DNA of 64,000 nt from Bacteroidales bacterium (GTDB lineage: Bacteria; Bacteroidota; Bacteroidia; Bacteroidales; UBA12077): positions 913-64,912 of the forward strand of contig JAHOYT010000053.1 in NCBI GenBank assembly GCA_019038645.1, written 5' to 3'. A model generated the notes under the pieces. That model was given only the letters and a program-made list of their open reading frames with translations, made no database searches and had not been told where the DNA came from. Shown piece by piece: positions 56,470 to 64,000 of this stretch. A program made the position numbers and the translations under genes. The number at the start of each line of letters is the position of its first letter. The first letter of the stretch is position 1.

Positions 56470-57804
56470 TTATAAATTTATCCCTTTTATATCTTTATAT
56501 AAATCGACAGCGTATAAATCCGTCATTCCTGAAACAAAATCTACGACGGACATTGCTTTTTTGTAGAAACTATACTCTTCGACATTAAATTGCGAAGGCA
56601 GAACTGAAAGAATTTTTTGCGAATAATCGCTGTCCGGACTAAAAATAGCGGTAATAAATTCATCTAAAAGGGTTCCCAGAATATTAAATCCGGTTAATTC
56701 TATTTTCACAACAGAGCGATGCTTATAAATTTCCTTTACAGCCAGGTTTTTACATGCTTCAAATGCTTCTTTACTTTTTCCCTGCAAACCCTTTATCAGA
56801 CTTTTATTAAATTCGCCTTCCATGATCTGATCATGGTTTTCAATAAAAATCTTTGCTGTTTCATTTATTAATTTTCCGATAACGGATGCTCTTAAATAGG
56901 CAACCTGCTCATTTATATCTGTAACTTCCTTAAAAATGTCATCTTTGTTTTTATAAAACTTTTTATCCGTTTTTTCATCAAAAAAACTCAGTAATAATCC
57001 AAATATTGTTCTTGTATCAAGAATTTTTAGTTTATGCGCATCCTCAATATCCATTATCTCATAGCAAATATCATCGGCGGCCTCAACTAAAAATACTAAA
57101 GGATGACGTGCATATCTCAAAGGCTCATCATTTAGTTTTTTTAATCCCAGCTCGTTTGCAATTTTTAGAAATGTTTCCTTTTCTGCCTGAAAATAGCCAA
57201 ATTTCTTTTTGCCCTTTATCATTGCATCTGAACCGAACGGGTATTTTATCAATGCTGCAAGAGTAGAATATGTAAGTGCAAAACCTCCCGAACGTCGTCC
57301 CTTAAACTGATGTGTTAACAATCGTAATGCATTTGCATTTCCTTCGAAATGAGTTAAATCGGTCCATTCCTCTTCTGTAACTACATTTTTAATCTTTTTA
57401 CCATTGCCCTCTACAAAGTATTTCGAAATAGCTTCTTCACCGGCATGCCCGAATGGAGGATTCCCCAGATCATGAGCTAAACATGCTGATGAGACTATAG
57501 AACCCAGTTCATTAAGAATTTCTTTGTTTTTAATATTATCTCGTTTTCTAAGTTCCTGAGCAACCAGATTTGCCAGCGACCTTCCAACACTTGCAACCTC
57601 AAGACTATGAGTTAACCGATTATGCACAAATACGCTTCCAGGCAATGGAAAAACCTGTGTTTTGTTTTGTAACCTCCTGAATGGCGATGAGAAAATGATA
57701 CGATCATAATCACGCTGAAATTGTGAGCGAATCTCATCTGTGTTTTTATATTCGCGGTTCTCTGTCCCAAGCCTTTTTGCAGATAGTAATTTATCCCAGT
57801 TCAT
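56470..57804 (-). CDS. dgt: dGTP triphosphohydrolase-like HD-domain protein
   Basis: FQRDYDRIIFSSPFRRLQNKTQVF, RLTHSLEVASVGRSL and HDLGNPPFGH are typical of the Dgt family. Confidence 0.85.
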   Translation of the reverse strand: MNWDKLLSAKRLGTENREYKNTDEIRSQFQRDYDRIIFSSPFRRLQNKTQVFPLPGSVFVHNRLTHSLEVASVGRSLANLVAQELRKRDNIKNKEILNELGSIVSSACLAHDLGNPPFGHAGEEAISKYFVEGNGKKIKNVVTEEEWTDLTHFEGNANALRLLTHQFKGRRSGGFALTYSTLAALIKYPFGSDAMIKGKKKFGYFQAEKETFLKIANELGLKKLNDEPLRYARHPLVFLVEAADDICYEIMDIEDAHKLKILDTRTIFGLLLSFFDEKTDKKFYKNKDDIFKEVTDINEQVAYLRASVIGKLINETAKIFIENHDQIMEGEFNKSLIKGLQGKSKEAFEACKNLAVKEIYKHRSVVKIELTGFNILGTLLDEFITAIFSPDSDYSQKILSVLPSQFNVEEYSFYKKAMSVVDFVSGMTDLYAVDLYKDIKGINL

Positions 57805-57827
57805 TTTTTATAGTATTAAGAATAATT

Positions 57828-58730
57828 TTAGATATCAACTCCTAAAAAAATTCGTATTAAATAACCAATGCCAAATGTAAATGCTGCAACTCCCATGCTA
57901 ATAAAAAACATTTCCCGGAATCGTTTTCCGAAATTCAGATCTTTTGCTACAGAAATGTAATAATTAAAGAAAAAGATTACGAAAACAGCAAAAATCATTG
58001 TTAATGCCAGACACACAAAATAGTTAGTAAATAAAAAGTATGGCAAAATTAAAATGATTACTGTAAAAATATAAGCTAATCCTGTGTAAAACGATGAAGC
58101 TAAAGCATTGGCTCCGTTACCTTCCGTTTTTGTCGACAAATATTCCGATGCGGCCATGGAAAAGGATGCAGCAATTCCTGTAATTAATCCTGCAATAGCA
58201 ATTAAACGTGTATTTTGTAATGCAAAAGTTAATCCGGCTAAAGTACCTGTTAGTTCAACTAATGCATCATTTAATCCTAATACAATGGACCCAACATATT
58301 CCAGCTTTTTCTCCTCCAGCATGTTAATTAATTCCTTTTCGTGCGAATCTTCATCATCAACAATCTGTTGAGCCTCCGGAATAAATTTACATGCTCTTTC
58401 ATAAGCTTCCTGTGCCCCTTCTTCGCCTTTTTCCATTAATTTAATCCCAAAAGTGATTCCAAAGATTCTTGCAATCCAGTAAAACTTAAAAATCTTCCAT
58501 TTATTGGGCTTTACATTGACGTCTGTATATTCCTTCCAAAACAAATAATGACGCATTTCATCATCGCCAATCTTTTGTAGAGTTTCTGCATTTTTCTTGC
58601 TTTTTATTTTTCTCGACAACCTGGAATAAATGTAATATTCAGTAATTTCATTTTTCTGAAATTGTTTAATTAATTTAATCTGATCAGGATTTAAGTTTCT
58701 TTCTTGCATTTCATTTCTGTTAATTATCAC
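57828..58730 (-). CDS. Ferritin-like domain + VIT1/CCC1 iron/manganese transporter family protein
   Basis: The N-terminal rubrerythrin-like region (EITEYYIYSRLS ... DEMRHYLFW) is followed by the VIT1 membrane domain (LGLNDALVELTG ... MAASEYLS). Confidence 0.8.
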   Translation of the reverse strand: MIINRNEMQERNLNPDQIKLIKQFQKNEITEYYIYSRLSRKIKSKKNAETLQKIGDDEMRHYLFWKEYTDVNVKPNKWKIFKFYWIARIFGITFGIKLMEKGEEGAQEAYERACKFIPEAQQIVDDEDSHEKELINMLEEKKLEYVGSIVLGLNDALVELTGTLAGLTFALQNTRLIAIAGLITGIAASFSMAASEYLSTKTEGNGANALASSFYTGLAYIFTVIILILPYFLFTNYFVCLALTMIFAVFVIFFFNYYISVAKDLNFGKRFREMFFISMGVAAFTFGIGYLIRIFLGVDI

Positions 58731-58774
58731 ACAAATTTAGAAAAAAGAGAAGTTAAAAAGTAACATCCCGTTGA

Positions 58775-59899
58775 TTAAAAAGATAATCCGAGAAGTATAT
58801 GAAAGCTATCAGCAACATCGCCATGAGCTTTTAAGGTTACTCCGCCTAAAACATGTTTAGTAAAACTGTAGCTTAATGAATATCGCTGATAAAAATTTTC
58901 CGATTTATATGGAGCATAAATATATGTTCCCCAGTATTGTGAAAAATCAAATTTTCCGAAAAGCAAATGATGACCTATTAATCCTGAAAAATTTTGATGG
59001 TCCAGGTTTAAGCCTTTCCTTGATATTTCTTCCTTTGCGCCACCATCGTTTATATATTCAACACCAATGCTAAATCCATTTACCTTACTAATTGTTCTTC
59101 CTGCCAAACTATATAAGCCAAAAACATATGTTGTTTCTTCCGGGAAATATTCATCCTCTTTAATCTTTTTACTCATTCCAAAAGTGTAAATATTGAAGAA
59201 ATACCCAGGAACAAATTCATGTTTATCACGATCAGGAAAAATCACCTTTCCTGAAGGATAATAACTTAATCCTAATCCAAACATTGGAAAATTCATTCCA
59301 TAATTTGGTTGTTTTACACCTCCGTTCGAAATATGGTTGTATTTTGCATAGCTCATCAGACTATATTTATTACTTAATTGATAATATGCATTAATATCAA
59401 TATGAACAATGAAACTTAAATGAGTAGAAAAAAACGTGTTTTCAGGATTGTCCACTGAATCGTAAATTTTATCCAGGTAACTTATTCCAAATCCTATTCT
59501 TGCAGAAAGCATAAAACGATTTCTGCGAATAAAAAAAGGCTCGGCAAAGCTAATAAGGTTATATGAGCTCCCGACGATATCCGGATTATCGTAATTAACA
59601 TATAAAAAAGAAATTCCGGTCTTAGAATAGCAGTTGCATTGTTGCCAGTTTTTATCTTTAAGTAATAACCATGAATATTCTAATTCCAGGCCAAAAGGAT
59701 TTGTGTGTGTTAAATGCTCTACTTTACTGGAGTGAGATAAAATTATTCCGTATTGTGGTTTAATGGCAAAATTGGTTGGGTTTTTTATTATCCCTTGTTC
59801 TTGTGAACTTGTGGCAGGCGTTTGTGCAAAAATGCCTAACGAATAAAAAATGAATAAAATGAAAAATATATTCTTGTGAAAGACAATTTTAGATTTCAT
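58775..59899 (-). CDS. Outer-membrane acyloxyacyl hydrolase / lipid A deacylase (PagL-like) beta-barrel
   Basis: Signal peptide, beta-barrel periodicity, and an HISNGG motif resembling the PagL His/Ser active-site signature. Confidence 0.55.
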   Translation of the reverse strand: MKSKIVFHKNIFFILFIFYSLGIFAQTPATSSQEQGIIKNPTNFAIKPQYGIILSHSSKVEHLTHTNPFGLELEYSWLLLKDKNWQQCNCYSKTGISFLYVNYDNPDIVGSSYNLISFAEPFFIRRNRFMLSARIGFGISYLDKIYDSVDNPENTFFSTHLSFIVHIDINAYYQLSNKYSLMSYAKYNHISNGGVKQPNYGMNFPMFGLGLSYYPSGKVIFPDRDKHEFVPGYFFNIYTFGMSKKIKEDEYFPEETTYVFGLYSLAGRTISKVNGFSIGVEYINDGGAKEEISRKGLNLDHQNFSGLIGHHLLFGKFDFSQYWGTYIYAPYKSENFYQRYSLSYSFTKHVLGGVTLKAHGDVADSFHILLGLSF

Positions 59900-60190
59900 T
59901 TTTAATCACTTTACATGTTTCTTCCTGCAAATTAGTTATAATATCATCAAAACAAAAAACTTAACATTCAATTTCTGGCTGCTTTATACCTGTTCGCCGG
60001 GCTAATGCATGTATTTACCTGTCTATATGCTCGTTATGTTGCTTATATTTGAGTTATCAACAATTAAGAAAAATAATTTTGACTAAAATCTTTAAAAAAA
60101 GTTTACAAACCTACGAACCGTAATTTTTTAGTTCCATAATTTTTACTTTATTTGCAACTTATTTTTATAAGGGGAGAACGAAAAATAAGT

Positions 60191-63100
60191 ATGAAATTCG
60201 AGAGGAAGCTTAAAAACAAATCAATATTTACGGTAATGATGGTACTGTTTATATTGTGTGCCATATACTTTTCGCTCGGAATTAAAAATCAAAAACAATA
60301 TGTCGACTGGCAGATTCAGAAAGAAAACGATATTGTAAATCTTGAAATTAGAAATCTGCTCAACACTACAAATCAATTATACAGAGATAAAATTCACTAT
60401 TTTGTTAATAATCCTGAAATAAAAAAGGAATTCGGTTTAAAAAATACCGAAGAGCTATACAGAAAAGTTTTCCCATTTTATACCATTCTAAGATCTGAAG
60501 ACCCTTATCATTTTATCATTAATTTCTATTCGAAAAAAAATGATCTGATTCTTAATATGGAAACCGGTAATGGCAGTGATATTAAGGCAAAGAGGAACTC
60601 TGTTGTTGCGGAAGCAAATAATGATAGAAGGAAAAAAACTGGTTTTGAATTTACTAATTCATCATTGTATTATAAAGTTGTGGAGCCGGTTATAGTGAAT
60701 GGTGAATACATTGGCTGCATTGAATTTGGCGTTCGTGAAAATGAAATCGTGGAACGAATTACGCATAGCTTTGAAGTTACTGTTGCCAGTTTTTTTAACC
60801 CTAAAAAAATTAATGCGCAATTGTCCGAAGATTTTAAAGCGTCAGTTTCAAACGAAAAATTTTTAGTGCATTCGGTTTTTGAAAAGGAAATTTTTTCTGA
60901 TATACTGGCTAATAACGAATTATTAGTTCCAGGAAAATTCAAATACAACGAAAACTATTTTTATTTAGACATTATAAAAGTTGACAATAATTTTCAGAAT
61001 GAAGGTTTTGAAGGAGTTGCTTATTTCAGAGATATTTCGGCACAACAAAATAAATTTTTTGCAACTGTTTACAGATCAATACTTATTATTTTTCTAATTT
61101 TAGTAGCAACCTTTATAATTCTGCATTTTTCATTTAATGTGTTAATTCATAAGATATTCAATCTTCAGGATTCTTTAGATAAGCGATTAGCTCAAAAAAC
61201 AAGGGAAATTGTAAACAAGAATGCAGAATTAAATCAGATTTTCAATACCACCGGAAACAGCATGCGATTAATTGACCTGGATCACACTATTATTCGCGTT
61301 AACCGCGCATTTACAACACTTTCCGGAATAAGCAAAGAAGATGCTGAAGGCAAAAAATGTTATAATATTTTTCCGGGACCTAATTGTCATACAGCAGAGT
61401 GTCCTTTAAATCAGATCAAAAATGGCGAGGATAAAATCGAGGTTGATATAAAGAAAAAAAATAAGCAGGGCAAAATCATTCCTGGAATATTAACCTCTGT
61501 TGCTTTTAAGGGCCAGGGAGGTGAAATGTTAGGCATCATAGAAGATTTTAAAGATATTTCCAAGCGCATTGATGCGGAAGATGCTTTAGAAAGAACTGAA
61601 CAACAGTTTTCTGTTTTTATGGACAATCTACCTTTGGGTGTATTCATTAAGGATGAAAACCTGAAATCTGTCTATTTGAATAAATATATGGATTTTATCT
61701 TTTCTAATGACAACTGTCAGGATAAAACACCACAAGAAATTTTTCCGGAAGAGTACGCAAAAAGGGTAATAGAAGAAGATAAACAGGTTTTAAATGGTGA
61801 AGTTCTGGTTGTGGAAGATCAGTTGCCGGATAAATCCGGGGATCTAAGATCATATCAGACACATAAATTCAGATATCGGGGAATTGATAATTCATGGCAA
61901 ATTGGTGGAATTTCTCTTGATATTACTGATAAGAAAAAGACCGAGCATGATTTAAAGATTCTTTCTAACGCCATACATCATTCTCCTGCCTGTGTTATTA
62001 TAACAAATTTAAAGAGAGAAATTCAATTTGTAAATCCAAGCTTTACTCAAATTACAGGATACAATCCAGAGGATGTTATAAATAAAGAAATCAGCATTTT
62101 AAATTCTGATGACCGCTCAAACAGTATTTACGAAGATGCAATGAAAGTAGTTTTGTCAGGTAAAGACTGGCAGGGAGAGTTTCATCACCGGAAGAAAAAT
62201 GGTGAAAAATACTGGGAACTGGCTTCAATTTCGTCAGTTAAAAACAATACTGGTGAAATGACTCATTTTGTTGTTATTTCCGATGATATTACTTCAAGGA
62301 AAAAGAGCGAAAATGAACTAATCGACGCAAAAGAAAAAGCCGAAGAATCCAATCGTTTAAAAACTGCTTTTCTGGCAAATCTGTCTCATGAGATTCGAAC
62401 TCCGATGAATGCTATTATCGGTTTTTCAAATTTACTGCTTGATGAAGACATCTCTTTAGAAGAAAAAGTAAAGCTAAATAATCTTATAAACAATAACAGT
62501 CAAAACCTTCTTAAATTAATAGATGATGTAATTGACATTTCCAGAATTCAGTCAGGGAATATCGAACTACATAAAACAGAGTGTTTTATCAACAAACTTT
62601 TACTCGATCTTTATGTTTCGTTCAGTATAAAAGTTGAAAATGATGATAAAAAGGATATTCATTTATCCATGAACAAAGGTTCAGATTTAAAGGACTTTTC
62701 TATTATTACTGATTCTGTCAGGTTAAAACAAATTATGTATAATCTGATTGAAAATGCCATAAAATTTACTTCTAAAGGCTTCGTTGAATTTGGCTATACT
62801 ATTATTGAAGAGGACAATAAAATTCAATTTTACATCGTCGATTCCGGAATAGGGATATCAAATGAAAAATTTGACATGATTTACGATCTGTTCAGACAAG
62901 CCGACGAATCGTTCACAAGAGAATATGGAGGAACTGGTATTGGATTAACGATCGCTAAAAAACTTGTGGATCATCTTGATGGTGAAATTTGGGTTCAGTC
63001 AACTCCGGATCAGGGTACAAATATTTATTTTTCATTACCCCTGATAGAAAATGATTCAAAATTTGAAAACTCAAATGAAAATATCAAGAATCAGTACGAC

Positions 63101-63472
63101 TGGCAAAACAAAGTTGTTTTAGTTGCTGATGATATTGATATTAATTACCGGCTTATCGAAGAAATTCTTATGCCTACAAAAGCAAAAATCCTGTGGGCAA
63201 AAGACGGTAAGGAGGCAGTTGATTTATGTTTAAATAATGATAACATCGATATCGTATTGATGGATATTAAAATGCCAGTGATGAATGGTCTGGAAGCGAC
63301 TCAAAAAATTAAAGAACATAAAAGAAATTTGAAAATCATTGGACAAACAGCGTATGCACACGACAACGATCGCGAAAAGTGTCTGAGCGCCGGCTTTGAT
63401 AATTATATTTCGAAACCAATAAAGATTGAATCTTTACTTTCCAGCATAAACGAAGTCTTTTCTAAAAATTAA
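60191..63472 (+). CDS. Hybrid sensor histidine kinase (extracytoplasmic sensor - TM - three PAS - HisKA - HATPase - receiver)
   Basis: H-box FLANLSHEIRTPMNAI, the N/G boxes (IENAIKFT, DSGIGIS, GGTGIGLTIA), and REC (VLVADDIDINY ... DIVLMDIKMP ... K). ATG at 60191 is preferred to TTG at 60152. Confidence 0.9.
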   Translation: MKFERKLKNKSIFTVMMVLFILCAIYFSLGIKNQKQYVDWQIQKENDIVNLEIRNLLNTTNQLYRDKIHYFVNNPEIKKEFGLKNTEELYRKVFPFYTILRSEDPYHFIINFYSKKNDLILNMETGNGSDIKAKRNSVVAEANNDRRKKTGFEFTNSSLYYKVVEPVIVNGEYIGCIEFGVRENEIVERITHSFEVTVASFFNPKKINAQLSEDFKASVSNEKFLVHSVFEKEIFSDILANNELLVPGKFKYNENYFYLDIIKVDNNFQNEGFEGVAYFRDISAQQNKFFATVYRSILIIFLILVATFIILHFSFNVLIHKIFNLQDSLDKRLAQKTREIVNKNAELNQIFNTTGNSMRLIDLDHTIIRVNRAFTTLSGISKEDAEGKKCYNIFPGPNCHTAECPLNQIKNGEDKIEVDIKKKNKQGKIIPGILTSVAFKGQGGEMLGIIEDFKDISKRIDAEDALERTEQQFSVFMDNLPLGVFIKDENLKSVYLNKYMDFIFSNDNCQDKTPQEIFPEEYAKRVIEEDKQVLNGEVLVVEDQLPDKSGDLRSYQTHKFRYRGIDNSWQIGGISLDITDKKKTEHDLKILSNAIHHSPACVIITNLKREIQFVNPSFTQITGYNPEDVINKEISILNSDDRSNSIYEDAMKVVLSGKDWQGEFHHRKKNGEKYWELASISSVKNNTGEMTHFVVISDDITSRKKSENELIDAKEKAEESNRLKTAFLANLSHEIRTPMNAIIGFSNLLLDEDISLEEKVKLNNLINNNSQNLLKLIDDVIDISRIQSGNIELHKTECFINKLLLDLYVSFSIKVENDDKKDIHLSMNKGSDLKDFSIITDSVRLKQIMYNLIENAIKFTSKGFVEFGYTIIEEDNKIQFYIVDSGIGISNEKFDMIYDLFRQADESFTREYGGTGIGLTIAKKLVDHLDGEIWVQSTPDQGTNIYFSLPLIENDSKFENSNENIKNQYDWQNKVVLVADDIDINYRLIEEILMPTKAKILWAKDGKEAVDLCLNNDNIDIVLMDIKMPVMNGLEATQKIKEHKRNLKIIGQTAYAHDNDREKCLSAGFDNYISKPIKIESLLSSINEVFSKN

Positions 63473-63603
63473 TTTTCAATTATTTCGTTATTTTATTAAA
63501 ATCAGTATTAAGCTGTAATTTAATATCTTAAATTTTATTACATTTGTTCTAATGTAAACTAATTACATTTATAACATAAAGCTAACAACAAAATACAACC
63601 GTC

Positions 63604-64000
63604 ATGATCGCAACCTACATCCAGGAATTACTTGCCACAAATAACAGGGTAATTGTTCCAAACTATGGCGCTTTTTTAGTAAGAGCCACATCAAAAAGTA
63701 AGGATGCAACAACCCTTAAGGAAAAACTAAAAGATGTTTATTTTAGCCCCTTTCTTAAGTTTAATGATGAGCTTCTCGAAAAATATATTATTAAGAAAGA
63801 AAATGTTACGAAGGAGCAGGCAGCCCAAAAAATCATACAATTTATTGATGATATTAAAAAAGATCTTGATCAGGAAAAACCATACATTATAGAAGGATTT
63901 GGTCAGTTTGTAGCTGATAAGCAAGGAAAAGTACAGTTTAATACAATTGCAGCTGAGTCTGTGCCAGAAGAAAAAACACCTGTAAAGAAAACTCCTGCAA
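63604..64000 (+). CDS. HU-like (HU-CCDC81-type) domain protein, 3'-truncated by window edge
   Basis: Not in the ORF track because there is no stop codon inside the window. My translation from ATG 63604 is MIATYIQELLATNNRVIVPNYGAFLVRAT ... PYIIEGFGQFVADKQGKVQF..., followed by a Pro/Lys-rich linker. This is typical of N-termini of Bacteroidetes SPOR-type proteins. Confidence 0.55.
   Translation, partial: MIATYIQELLATNNRVIVPNYGAFLVRATSKSKDATTLKEKLKDVYFSPFLKFNDELLEKYIIKKENVTKEQAAQKIIQFIDDIKKDLDQEKPYIIEGFGQFVADKQGKVQFNTIAAESVPEEKTPVKKTPA

Noticed and set aside
56470-57804. The dGTPase as a possible anti-phage dNTP-depletion defence gene. The same thought applied to the deoxynucleoside kinase at 26905..27543.
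   Set aside because: The context is housekeeping (a VIT transporter and membrane proteins), with no neighbouring defence or mobile genes. Dgt-like HD proteins are, as far as I know, widespread core genes in Bacteroidota. Nothing in the sequence distinguishes it as a defence variant.
60152-60190. TTG start at 60152 for the hybrid histidine kinase. Similar upstream TTG/GTG starts occur at 19408, 23062, 38715 and 51048.
   Set aside because: In each case a nearby in-frame ATG gives a more plausible N-terminus (signal peptide, TM segment or family-typical start). The extended versions add odd residues or overlap upstream features.
28051-63924. Remaining short overlapping ORFs in the track: 28051..28407, 31764..31967, 32068..32268, 32888..33130, 33513..33782, 34247..34429, 34482..34712, 34934..35134, 36759..36941, 37181..37378, 38032..38286, 39155..39429, 39817..40023, 40388..40594, 41441..41632, 42087..42320, 42741..42947, 43249..43443, 45390..45572, 46763..46951, 47133..47324, 52507..52903, 53876..54076, 55050..55241, 55812..56024, 57006..57266, 58108..58371, 58876..59073, 60670..60948, 61411..61647 and 63727..63924.
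   Set aside because: They are embedded in or antisense to longer supported CDSs. 63727..63924 is antisense to the HU-like gene, which runs off the window. None has a recognisable motif.

Overview
AT-rich chromosomal segment that looks like Bacteroidota. The evidence is T9SS type-A and type-B C-terminal sorting domains, SprB repeats, a PorZ-like protein, TAnnTTT(G/A)-type -7 boxes, and a PadR/PspC module. I support about 55 protein-coding genes and two tRNAs: Asn-GTT on the minus strand and Gln-TTG on the plus strand. I saw no rRNA, CRISPR array, transposase or integrase. Most genes are housekeeping or envelope functions, including FKBP, mqo, kbl, recO, rdgB, dgt, an RluA-type pseudouridine synthase, a deoxynucleoside kinase, an S9 peptidase and an AI-2E permease. 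These regions deserve follow-up. (1) At 14.9-18.3 kb a small accessory stretch carries three direct copies of a promoter plus conserved, apparently structured 5' leader. Two copies head unrelated nuclease-type genes (GIY-YIG and EEP/DNase-I-like); the third is degenerate. (2) A TPR-SpoIIE(PP2C)-receiver protein is followed by two tandem DUF1987/SiaC-like genes, with no kinase or diguanylate cyclase partner. (3) A tight acpS / AcsA-like adenylating enzyme / stand-alone carrier protein / alpha-oxoamine synthase cassette, with a second Kbl-like paralogue 11 kb away. (4) A direct duplication with an 814-bp period copies the mqo 3' end plus terminator and brackets a beta-carbonic-anhydrase-like gene. 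(5) A class-I aminotransferase homologue lacks the Schiff-base lysine. (6) A beta-propeller/Y_Y_Y sensor is fused to a class III nucleotide cyclase and an HD domain. (7) A CxxCH/Cx4CH lipoprotein cluster sits with a beta-barrel protein, YceI and an OB-fold protein. All functional calls rest on motif recognition by eye and remembered family signatures; no database search was run.
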